64,000 nucleotides of DNA. Source: a virus. Taxonomy: Duplodnaviria > Caudoviricetes. Of the stretch, positions 42,929 to 50,886 are shown piece after piece. The stretch's first letter is position 1; the number at the start of each line of letters is the position of its first letter. The notes beneath the pieces are model-generated. The model worked only from the letters and a program-made list of their open reading frames with translations, had not been told where the DNA came from and made no database searches. Location: positions 1 to 64,000 of IMG/VR virus record IMGVR_UViG_3300025470_000019. One strand, written 5' to 3'. A program made the translations under genes and the position numbers.

Positions 42929-43495
42929 TTAGAAAGAGTGCTTGAACGCAAGTCCAATAGCATCTGAACGAGTCGTTCCGGTAGTACGGTAGTACTGAAC
43001 ACCAAGGTTATTACCATGGCCGATCGAAAGACCGAGACCACCATTCAGCTCATTTTCATCAAGACGACGAGTCAGAGTGAATGAGCCACGATGACTATAG
43101 CCAACGTTAGCAACAACTGGACCAGCAATCTTATGTGAGGTAGTCACGCCAGCACCCCAAAATCCGTAGTCGTCACCAAGACCCAGCGACTCACCAGCTT
43201 CGGCATATGCTGCGGTCTTGAAGCCAAGAACGGTAGGAAGGGCAGGACCAACGCGAGCCGACACCTTCGAGGTAAGAGGACCAGCGCCATTCTTCTGCTT
43301 TACTTCAATTTCAGCGCCATAATTCAGAAGCGAATTCAGTGGAGCAGTATACTGAACGTTGTATTCAGTCGAGTCGGGCTTCGTGCCACCACGAACGTCT
43401 CCAAGGCGAACTTCAGCCTGAATAGTGCCTGCCATAGCAGGAGCAGAAACGGCAGAAAGAGTTACCGCAGTAAGAGCAAAAATTGTATTCTTCAT
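42929..43495 (-). CDS. Outer-membrane beta-barrel protein with signal peptide
   Basis: Sec signal APAMA, amphipathic beta strands, C-terminal Phe (AFKHSF). Confidence 0.75.
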   Translation of the reverse strand: MKNTIFALTAVTLSAVSAPAMAGTIQAEVRLGDVRGGTKPDSTEYNVQYTAPLNSLLNYGAEIEVKQKNGAGPLTSKVSARVGPALPTVLGFKTAAYAEAGESLGLGDDYGFWGAGVTTSHKIAGPVVANVGYSHRGSFTLTRRLDENELNGGLGLSIGHGNNLGVQYYRTTGTTRSDAIGLAFKHSF

Positions 43496-43498
43496 ATT

Positions 43499-43900
43499 TT
43501 AATTACTTTCTTTGATTCGACAACGAAGCTCAGAAGAGCTATAGTTGTGCTTTCGTTTACAAAAATAAACAGGAATGTCTAAACCATATCCTGTATACGA
43601 TTTACTGTCGAGATAATCTTCGCCCAAGAATCGGATGTCGATTTGAGTATTCGCCAGCAAATTTAGTAAGTCCTCTTCGGTATCGTAGGGGACAATATCA
43701 TCTACAACCTGCAGTGCTTTGAGTTGTAGATATCTTTCGAATGTAGATTGAATAGGAACATTCTTATCTTTTCGATCAATGCTTGGATCGGTATGGAGAC
43801 CAACAACCAAACGGTCACACTTTGATTTAGCTTCTGCTAACATAAGGATATGTCCAGGATGCAGAAGATCAAAGGCACCAGCAACAAAACCAATTTTCAT
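43499..43900 (-). CDS. Cytidylyltransferase (TagD/HldE-like)
   Basis: GAFDLLHPGH, LGEDY, YSSSELR. Confidence 0.88.
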   Translation of the reverse strand: MKIGFVAGAFDLLHPGHILMLAEAKSKCDRLVVGLHTDPSIDRKDKNVPIQSTFERYLQLKALQVVDDIVPYDTEEDLLNLLANTQIDIRFLGEDYLDSKSYTGYGLDIPVYFCKRKHNYSSSELRCRIKESN

Positions 43901-43917
43901 AATAAATCAAATCCTAA

Positions 43918-44289
43918 TTAACGCGGCGCTTGCCTCGACACAGTAGTTGAATGTATCTTTTGCGCCTTAAAGTATTTTTGAAATATATCCTGAACCAAAT
44001 CAGAATCGTATGGCTTACAAGAAAATATATCTACATAAGCAGAATTTCTATCTGCAGGACAAAAATGAGCTGATACATTAGAGTCTTGCAGAAGCTGATA
44101 GATAGAATAGCCTATTTTATTTGGATCGTTCGTATCACACCAGATAATATTAAGATTCCCAATTTTAACCATTTCAATAGATTCCAAAAGATCATCAACA
44201 AAGGTCTGAAATACTTGTTTGTCCATAATAGCAGATGAATCACATTCTGCGGCATCAATCATTGTAATCCAACCCCATGGCTTGCTCAT
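43918..44289 (-). CDS. speD: S-adenosylmethionine decarboxylase
   Basis: G.S..QLLQDSNVSAHF...YVDIFSC. Confidence 0.8.
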   Translation of the reverse strand: MSKPWGWITMIDAAECDSSAIMDKQVFQTFVDDLLESIEMVKIGNLNIIWCDTNDPNKIGYSIYQLLQDSNVSAHFCPADRNSAYVDIFSCKPYDSDLVQDIFQKYFKAQKIHSTTVSRQAPR

Positions 44290-44307
44290 TATTAGAATCC
44301 TTTTTAC

Positions 44308-44372
44308 CTAAATAAAAGTGGTTCGCGATGTACCACCATCCAACCACACTAACGTCACTGGAGACAATCAGC
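44308..44372 (+). promoter_or_regulatory. Late promoter plus conserved two-hairpin leader (copy 4)
   Basis: CTAAATA..GTGGT-TCGCG-ATG-loop-CAT-CCA-ACCAC-ACTAA-CGTC-actgga-GACA-ATCAGC-ATG. Confidence 0.75.
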
Positions 44373-45017
44373 ATGATTATTTATCTTTATGTAAAACGCC
44401 ATAAAATTACTGGTCTGAAATATTTTGGTAAAACCATACAAAATCCATGGATTTATCCTGGATCGGGCAAATATTGGAACCGACATCTAAAAGTCCACGA
44501 AAACAATGTTGAGACTATAGAAGTTTGGGGATTTGACGATCAAATTTTATGTTGTGAGTTTGCGCAAAAATATTCAAAATTACATAATATCGTTGAATCC
44601 AAAGATTGGGCCAACCTCATTCCGGAAACAGGAACTGATGGAGGATTTACTACATCTAGAGAACAACAAAAGAAAATTTGGGAAAATTCAGCTTTGCGCG
44701 AAAAACACCATAACAGCATAAAACGCTCATGGACTGAAAAACGAAAAGTGATCGCTTCAAATAATACATCAGAACAATGGAAACGTCAGGATAAATCTTT
44801 AATAGCAGAAAAAATGGTCAAAACCAAAAAAGAAAAATACCCTGACGGTAATCCAAATGTGGGCGTTTATGTAAGAACGGAAGAAATTAAACACAAAATG
44901 AAACTTGCGGCTAAAGAACGAGATTTAATCAAGATAGTTTGCGAACAATGTTCGAAAGAATCTAATAGATCTAATTATGCTCGCTGGCACGGATCTAATT
45001 GCAAAACTTTACGCTAG
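44373..45017 (+). CDS. GIY-YIG-type homing endonuclease, antisense
   Basis: IYLYVKRH..TGLKYFGKT...YPGSGKYW; C-terminal Zn motif. Confidence 0.88.
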   Translation: MIIYLYVKRHKITGLKYFGKTIQNPWIYPGSGKYWNRHLKVHENNVETIEVWGFDDQILCCEFAQKYSKLHNIVESKDWANLIPETGTDGGFTTSREQQKKIWENSALREKHHNSIKRSWTEKRKVIASNNTSEQWKRQDKSLIAEKMVKTKKEKYPDGNPNVGVYVRTEEIKHKMKLAAKERDLIKIVCEQCSKESNRSNYARWHGSNCKTLR

Positions 45018-45190
45018 TAGTCCTGATCATCGTCGTATAAACTTTCTATATCCAGTTTGCGTAGAGCACTATTTATTCTTTTTTCGTAGCGGTGATTCCG
45101 CCTTTCCTTCAGTGCTCTATATTCACCACCGTCTTCATCATCATACAATTTAGAAGTATTACGGCGATAATCGTTACGGCTCTTAGACAT
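45014..45190 (-). CDS. Small hypothetical protein
   Basis: MSKSRNDYRR... Confidence 0.55.
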   Translation of the reverse strand: MSKSRNDYRRNTSKLYDDEDGGEYRALKERRNHRYEKRINSALRKLDIESLYDDDQDY

Positions 45191-45216
45191 ATTCCCTGCG
45201 CTGCTATACAATTGAG

Positions 45217-45822
45217 TTATTCTTCTGGTTCTTCTTCGTGCTCGTCAGTTGACGAGCCATCCGGATGATTCCTCGCTATGTGTTGGGCGAGTGGTCCTGG
45301 TAAGAATAGCCCATCCTCTGCGGTAGATACGCACCCAAAAGGGCAGGGAACTGCGTTTTTTCTCTTGGCACGCTTTTCTTCTTCAGTAAGCTCAGGAGGC
45401 TCAGGAAGGAAGTTAGGGAATGTCTTCTTCACTAGCTCATAGGTGATGCTAGGATAGAGAGACTTCTTGTCCTTCATAGCCAGAATCAGATCAGCATCGT
45501 CAGGGTCAAGCGACTCGAGAAGCTGAACGAAAAGCGACTGGCGCTTCAGGTCGTGCATAGGAGGAGCAATACCTTCAATGAAATACTTGAGGGTCTTAGC
45601 TTCGCGGTAGAGAGTACCCTGAGCATCCTGGCTCTTCTCGAGCTTCTTGAAAGGAGGAGCGCCTTCAGGCAGAAGGAACTTTACCTCAGGATGGAAGGTA
45701 GCGTGCAGAACCTGCATCAATGGTTGAATTTCAACACATGTGCCGAGAGCGTTCTGTCGTTCTTGGAAATTCTTAATACCAGAGATCGTCTTAAGAATCT
45801 CTGCAATGCCTTGTCTGTTCAC
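45217..45822 (-). CDS. Conserved T4-like protein downstream of RNase H, with Zn-finger-like tail
   Basis: F.LPEGAPPF, LYRE, KR..LF.QLLE.L...DA.L...KDK; CPFGC...HIARNH. Confidence 0.75.
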   Translation of the reverse strand: MNRQGIAEILKTISGIKNFQERQNALGTCVEIQPLMQVLHATFHPEVKFLLPEGAPPFKKLEKSQDAQGTLYREAKTLKYFIEGIAPPMHDLKRQSLFVQLLESLDPDDADLILAMKDKKSLYPSITYELVKKTFPNFLPEPPELTEEEKRAKRKNAVPCPFGCVSTAEDGLFLPGPLAQHIARNHPDGSSTDEHEEEPEE

Positions 45823-45989
45823 TGTTCATTCGCCTTTAGAAATTGTTTAAACTCAGCAACTATATCAACGAAACGACGAACAGGATCATCGCTGCCTTTA
45901 CTTCGCTTTGCATTGTATATATTTGCACCTCTATATAGTAATGAATAGAGTTTCGCTGCTTCAGCTTGTTCGCGAGTACGATCAGTCAT
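45819..45989 (-). CDS. Small hypothetical protein (56 aa)
   Basis: Coupled ORF MTDRTREQAEAAK... Confidence 0.5.
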   Translation of the reverse strand: MTDRTREQAEAAKLYSLLYRGANIYNAKRSKGSDDPVRRFVDIVAEFKQFLKANEQ

Positions 45990-46422
45990 TGACAAACTCC
46001 TGAATTACAAATTCACCACCATCGACAGTAACTCTAGCAGTCGGACACATATTGGTTCGTGTATAATCACGACCACCATCGATCATAGCACCCTTCTTAG
46101 CTACGTAGTCATGACGATAGCGAGAAACGATGACCTCGCCATCCGCACACACCGAACCAACGATAGGCTCAGAGAAACAAGACTCAGCGTTGGTGATATA
46201 GATAGAATCGTTTTGAATGAACATACCAAAATAGTTGGAATGGCCAGCGTCACGGTTCGGATTCTCGACATAGAACACATCGACTGGTCGTTCGTTCCAT
46301 GAATTACCATCCAGCCTCTTAGTGCACCAGTAACCCATATACTTGGCTTCCTTCAGGGCTTCAATTTTACGAATTTGAGATTCGGTGAAGTGATAGCCAT
46401 CCTTCGGTAACTCAATAAACAT
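45982..46422 (-). CDS. Conserved phage hypothetical protein
   Basis: SRYRHDYV...MIDGGRDYTR. Confidence 0.7.
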   Translation of the reverse strand: MFIELPKDGYHFTESQIRKIEALKEAKYMGYWCTKRLDGNSWNERPVDVFYVENPNRDAGHSNYFGMFIQNDSIYITNAESCFSEPIVGSVCADGEVIVSRYRHDYVAKKGAMIDGGRDYTRTNMCPTARVTVDGGEFVIQEFVND

Positions 46423-47258
46423 CAGAAGTCTCCAACGGATTCCATAAGGTTCTTCATCTTATTCTCGATGAAATAGCTGAACAGCTTAGAGCGATTGCCC
46501 CATTCCTGACCATCAAACTGCTCGATCACCTGAGCTTCGATGTAGTCAGGAATGCAGTCAAAGTCGATCAGCTGCTTATTGCGGAGGAAGTTGCGCTTCA
46601 CCTCGCCGTCAAGGGCATCGGGGTTAGCCATAATCTCGTCAATGCGCTTAGTAGTGACAGGCTTCTGGCGCAGACCCATGACGAACGTATTGTCCGCTGA
46701 CAGGCAGTTGGGCACACCGTCCCCGCCATCCCCCCGAATGATATGCTCTAGGAGATATTGCTTGGGGTTAGCGCAAACGATTTCCTTCTTAAGGATCGGG
46801 CTGTATTGCTTCACCATAGGATAAGCCTGCAGCTGCTGGTAGTCCTTATCAGAGGAGGCGATAAGGATGCCCTCAGCATGATAGTGCTTAGTGAGGACAG
46901 CGATGATATCGTCAGCCTCAGCGTGCGGGACTTGGATCACCTTGTAGGGGAAATTCTCACGCAGCTCAATCTTAAACTTATCGAGGCAACCGAAGATCAT
47001 GTTCCAATCCATATCGGATTCTTCACGAGCCTTCTTGCGGTGAGCCTTGTAGTAAGGGAAGATTTGCTTGCGCCAATAGTTCTTGTCATCACAAGCGATG
47101 ACGACGTCACCATAATCCTTATACTTCATTTTCATAGAACGAATGCTGTTAAGGAGAATATGACGAAGCAAGTTCTCCTCAACAGGCAGGTTCTTCTGAC
47201 CTCCCATCTGCGCGAACACAGAAGAGATCAGGAATTGAGAGAGGTCAATAATAATCAT
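46422..47258 (-). CDS. rnh: T4-type RNase H (5'-3' exonuclease)
   Basis: YWRKQIFPYYKAHR, EADDII, SSDKDY.QL, GDGGDGVPN. Confidence 0.95.
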   Translation of the reverse strand: MIIIDLSQFLISSVFAQMGGQKNLPVEENLLRHILLNSIRSMKMKYKDYGDVVIACDDKNYWRKQIFPYYKAHRKKAREESDMDWNMIFGCLDKFKIELRENFPYKVIQVPHAEADDIIAVLTKHYHAEGILIASSDKDYQQLQAYPMVKQYSPILKKEIVCANPKQYLLEHIIRGDGGDGVPNCLSADNTFVMGLRQKPVTTKRIDEIMANPDALDGEVKRNFLRNKQLIDFDCIPDYIEAQVIEQFDGQEWGNRSKLFSYFIENKMKNLMESVGDF

Positions 47259-47701
47259 TTCGAAAGCCTTGCTTGAATTTCAAGATAGAACTGGTTGTAT
47301 TTAGCCAGCCGAGCGATATCCTTTTCGGTGATACCCTTCAGCCGACGGATGTCGGTGTTATGACGAAGGTCAGCCAGCTTCACACGCATCGCGTCTTCAT
47401 TGGCGAACACACCCTGCTTATATTGCTCATAGCTTTGGCCAGGCATCTTGGTGAGGGCAGCGACAGCCTCAAGGATACGAACGGTACAACCGATATCGGC
47501 GAGGTCAGCCCATGTCGTCTTAGTGTCTTCAACCACATCGTGGAGGAGAGCGATGCACTGGAGTTCCTCATCGTCAGACTTGAGGTAGTGCATTACCTTC
47601 ATCGGGTGGAGAATGTAGGGGTTGCCGCCACGGTCGAATTGACCAGCGTGAGCGTTAGTGGCGAGAACGAGGACTTTGCCGAGGAGTTCGCCTTTTTTCA
47701 T
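47255..47701 (-). CDS. HD-domain hydrolase, SpoT/Mesh1 (ppGpp hydrolase)-like
   Basis: AH.GQ.D..G.PYILHP, ALLHDVVEDT, VKLADLRHN. Confidence 0.85.
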   Translation of the reverse strand: MKKGELLGKVLVLATNAHAGQFDRGGNPYILHPMKVMHYLKSDDEELQCIALLHDVVEDTKTTWADLADIGCTVRILEAVAALTKMPGQSYEQYKQGVFANEDAMRVKLADLRHNTDIRRLKGITEKDIARLAKYNQFYLEIQARLSK

Positions 47702-47722
47702 ATAAAATTCCCTTTCCTTATT

Positions 47723-47758
47723 ATTCATTCTAACCTAGATTTGAAAATAAGGAAAGCA
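47723..47758 (-). promoter_or_regulatory. Early-type promoter
   Basis: Reverse complement of motif. Confidence 0.8.
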
Positions 47759-47763
47759 CTTTC

Positions 47764-48042
47764 TTACTGAATCGTGAGCCCAGTGGTCTGCTTGAGGTAT
47801 TGGCCAGCCACCATCTTATCGGTCGGGAAGTGGCAGATCACCACGGTCGCCGGAAACTCAATCGTTATGTCCTGAGGCGCAGAGAAGGCGAACGGAACGA
47901 GACCCAGCCCCTGTGCACCCATCATGAAGGTCACTGGCTTCTTGAGCCGGACGGTTCCCTCATCGCTAGGTTCGAACCGACCGATAACCTCCTCGCCGGA
48001 GGTCAGCTTGATCGTGATTGTATCATTCAACTTATAATTCAT
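47764..48042 (-). CDS. Sm-like small protein
   Basis: IKLTSGEEVIG...LKKP...GLVPF. Confidence 0.65.
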   Translation of the reverse strand: MNYKLNDTITIKLTSGEEVIGRFEPSDEGTVRLKKPVTFMMGAQGLGLVPFAFSAPQDITIEFPATVVICHFPTDKMVAGQYLKQTTGLTIQ

Positions 48043-48043
48043 T

Positions 48044-48364
48044 TTATTCCTCATCGTTATCAGGATTGTCGATCATCAATTCAATTTCAATTTCTTCGTC
48101 TTTGATAATCTGTTTAGCAAGTTCTTGAAAGGGATGCTCGACACCAAGGCATGAGCAAATAAATGACTCCATAGCCTCGAGAAAGAGAATCATCTCTGGT
48201 GTTTCCATCATATGCGATGGATCAATACCCATGTCATCTAAATCATTAACAATATCGTTAGCAAAATCGCAAGTCAATTGGTGAGCATAATCAGTGTTAT
48301 TAAAAGCGAGGGTTGCTTCTTTCTCTTTCTTCTTTGAGACAAAATCAACCACATTGTTTGCCAT
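48044..48364 (-). CDS. Hypothetical protein
   Basis: NNVVDF; HPFQELA. Confidence 0.65.
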   Translation of the reverse strand: MANNVVDFVSKKKEKEATLAFNNTDYAHQLTCDFANDIVNDLDDMGIDPSHMMETPEMILFLEAMESFICSCLGVEHPFQELAKQIIKDEEIEIELMIDNPDNDEE

Positions 48365-49443
48365 TAGGTCACCTTCAGGAGAATAGTTTCAGAATTAATC
48401 CTACCGTTCAAAGGAGAACCAGCAGTCTTCACTGTATCTAGGAACTTTCTGAGACCTACCTTACCCAAGCCAAAGAATTCCTTCAGCTGCTCCTCCGGCT
48501 TGCGCAGGGTCTTGCTGATAGACAGCTCAGGGTCGAAGCCAGTGACCGAAGTCCCCTTGACCATGAATCCCTTTGGCGCATTGCTCTGATAGAAGCCGAT
48601 GCGTCGGGTCTTGGTGTTATAGACCCATAGCTGGGTTGCCCCGATGATCGACTGAGGATTGACCGAGGCGAGCTTCAGAGCCGAGTCAGTGGGCTGATAC
48701 TTGAGCCACTTGACCAGATCGGCGGCTGGCTTAATCTTGATCGCCTTTGGCGCACGAACCTTGACCACCTTCTTATTATTGAGGTAGCGATCAAAGTCAT
48801 GCATCATATCGCCATAGACTTTTTGCCAAAATTTGAGAGTCTTGCCGTAGCTTTCCTTGACCTGCTCATCACCAGACATAACTTCGTCATATGACCGCTT
48901 GTAGAAGTCTCGAAGAGTGTTAGCAGCCTGAACCGAAGCCTGCTTAGCTGTAAGGAAGTTATACATGCTAAACTCTGCGTTCTTGTCGAGTTCTTCTTCA
49001 GCATCACAGATCATATTGTCGATGTTACGCTTAATGCGATCCTGGATCGAGATGACGTTGGTCTTGACGGTCGGCTTGACTTCCTTGACGCCATGGCGAG
49101 CAAGCTCAGCGACCCTCTCGTTGAAGCGAGCCATGTAGGCTTCATTGAAGGTAGTCCCGTTAAGCATCATACGAGCCATCCAGCAGGTGGTCGTCGGAGT
49201 CCGCCACTCAATGGCAGAACGGATGTCGCGGATCAACTGAGGGTCGCGCCCATCCTTCTTGAGATATTCGATGAGCCAGCTCTTGCCCTTAGTCATGTCG
49301 GACATGTAGTTATACCAGTTGAAGGCATCCATCAACTGGGATTCGGTCGCCGAGCCGACGATGATAGGTTCGTCGCCATAATGTTTCTGGTCAAAGCTCT
49401 TGACCTGAGTTCTGGTTTTGATTTTCTTAGCTGCTTTGGCCAT
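48364..49443 (-). CDS. Conserved T4-like early protein of unknown function
   Basis: FNWYNY, LWVYNTKTR, SKTLRKPEEQL, NGRIN..TILL. Confidence 0.75.
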   Translation of the reverse strand: MAKAAKKIKTRTQVKSFDQKHYGDEPIIVGSATESQLMDAFNWYNYMSDMTKGKSWLIEYLKKDGRDPQLIRDIRSAIEWRTPTTTCWMARMMLNGTTFNEAYMARFNERVAELARHGVKEVKPTVKTNVISIQDRIKRNIDNMICDAEEELDKNAEFSMYNFLTAKQASVQAANTLRDFYKRSYDEVMSGDEQVKESYGKTLKFWQKVYGDMMHDFDRYLNNKKVVKVRAPKAIKIKPAADLVKWLKYQPTDSALKLASVNPQSIIGATQLWVYNTKTRRIGFYQSNAPKGFMVKGTSVTGFDPELSISKTLRKPEEQLKEFFGLGKVGLRKFLDTVKTAGSPLNGRINSETILLKVT

Positions 49444-49464
49444 TTAAAGTCTCCATTCCTTATT

Positions 49465-49500
49465 ATTCATTCTAACCTAGATTTGAAAATAAGGCAAGTG
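49465..49500 (-). promoter_or_regulatory. Early-type promoter
   Basis: Reverse complement of motif. Confidence 0.7.
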
Positions 49501-49514
49501 AAAAATTCTTTTGA

Positions 49515-49583
49515 TATAAATATGAATGTGGTTCGCGATGCGTCAACATCCAACCACTCTAACGCTTACAAGGAGCATCAGCC
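49515..49583 (+). promoter_or_regulatory. Late promoter plus conserved two-hairpin leader (copy 5)
   Basis: TATAAATA..GTGGT-TCGCG-ATG-loop-CAT-CCA-ACCAC-TCTAA-CGCT-tacaagg-AGCA-TCAGC-c-ATG. Confidence 0.75.
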
Positions 49584-50135
49584 ATGGCTATTTATAGAAA
49601 AATCTACGAACGACATTTTGGACCAATCCCTAAAGAAGAAAACGGTCGCACTTTCGAGATACACCATATAGATGGGGATCGGACTAATAACAGCATCAAT
49701 AACCTTAGATGCGTTTCCATTGAAGAACATTATAATATTCATTACGCCCAACAAGATTGGGGTGCATGCGGGGCGATCGCACAAAGAATGAATTTGTCGT
49801 TGGACAAAATTTCCAATCTAAGAAGCAAACATGCATTAGCAAGAGTAGCCGACGGAACAAATCCATTCTTAATCCTAAGTAAAATTAGATCTGAAAATGG
49901 AACTCATAATTGGATGACTGAACAACATTCAGAAAAAACAAGAGAGCGCCAAATTTCTAGATTAGAACTCGGGGATCACGAATTTTGTAAACGATCTGTT
50001 TGCCCTTACTGTGATAAGGAAGGGCAGTATGCCGTAATGGCCAGATGGCATTTCAATAATTGTAAATTGAATCCAAACTACACATCAAAACCCAAAAGAA
50101 AATATAAAAAGAAACGGCTGAATCAGACCACCTAG
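49584..50135 (+). CDS. HNH homing endonuclease, antisense
   Basis: YRKIYERHFGPIP...EIHHIDGDRTNNSINNL...EHY.IH; CPYC tail. Confidence 0.88.
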   Translation: MAIYRKIYERHFGPIPKEENGRTFEIHHIDGDRTNNSINNLRCVSIEEHYNIHYAQQDWGACGAIAQRMNLSLDKISNLRSKHALARVADGTNPFLILSKIRSENGTHNWMTEQHSEKTRERQISRLELGDHEFCKRSVCPYCDKEGQYAVMARWHFNNCKLNPNYTSKPKRKYKKKRLNQTT

Positions 50136-50204
50136 GGAATTTACTTCTCATTTAAGAGAAACCCAATATACGAACGTCCATTCGAGATTCAGCCGCTCAG
50201 TAAA

Positions 50205-50240
50205 CTCATTCTAACCTAGAATTTTAATTAAGTAAAGCAT
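50205..50240 (-). promoter_or_regulatory. Early-type promoter with no clear downstream ORF, facing the HNH gene
   Basis: rc AATGCTTTAC-TTAATTAAAATTCTAGGT-TAGAATGAG. Confidence 0.6.
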
Positions 50241-50315
50241 TAATATGCCAGCTCATAGAAGCGAAGACCACAAGCCACACGCGAACGGAGCAGCTTGGCG
50301 CGGAATACAATAGGA

Positions 50316-50807
50316 CTAAGCACCCTCGCCTACGAACCAAGGCTTAGTGGGATCGTGGCGAGTAAGCCACTTCTGATAGAGCCCTACTTCCATGCCATAT
50401 GCGATAATCTCCCAAGGGCTGTCAAAATAGTGGTCCTCATTGCGCTTGGGCTTCCAGATCTCGCCCATCCAACGGCTGGTCATCTTCAGCCCACCCTTGG
50501 TGGGGATCATGATGCCTCCCTGCAGCTCATTCTTAGCATGCTGCTTCACATGAACCATCTCGTGACCGAGGGTCTTGATCATTTCCTCAATGTCCTGCTT
50601 GCGCAGCCCGATGGTGAACCAGCGAGGGTTGCGGGTGCCTTCCTCGTCGACGCACTCGCCCATAACATCAAGGGTCTTGCTCACCTCAATGTCGATATTG
50701 AGATTGCGGACCAAACGTGGATCCATGAGCTGAGCTGCAAAGAAGCGAGCAGCCTCCTCCAGCTTTGCCTTATCGCGCTTGCCGAGACCAGTGACCGTGA
50801 GATTCAT
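50316..50807 (-). CDS. Zincin metallopeptidase-like protein
   Basis: LGHEMVHVKQ (HExxH), PWE..AY. Confidence 0.75.
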   Translation of the reverse strand: MNLTVTGLGKRDKAKLEEAARFFAAQLMDPRLVRNLNIDIEVSKTLDVMGECVDEEGTRNPRWFTIGLRKQDIEEMIKTLGHEMVHVKQHAKNELQGGIMIPTKGGLKMTSRWMGEIWKPKRNEDHYFDSPWEIIAYGMEVGLYQKWLTRHDPTKPWFVGEGA

Positions 50808-50827
50808 ATCAGACTCCATTCCCATTC

Positions 50828-50863
50828 CTCATTCTAACCTAGATTGGAAAAAAAGGAAAGCAT
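50828..50863 (-). promoter_or_regulatory. Early-type promoter
   Basis: Reverse complement of motif. Confidence 0.75.
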
Positions 50864-50886
50864 TATCTTTGGTACAAATCAGTGAG

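Noticed and set aside
46758-47770. Plus-strand ORFs 46758-47276 and 47273-47770
   Set aside because: Antisense shadows of RNase H and the HD hydrolase.
49093-50837. Plus-strand ORFs 49093-49671 and 50295-50837
   Set aside because: Overlap better-supported minus-strand genes and promoters; no motifs.
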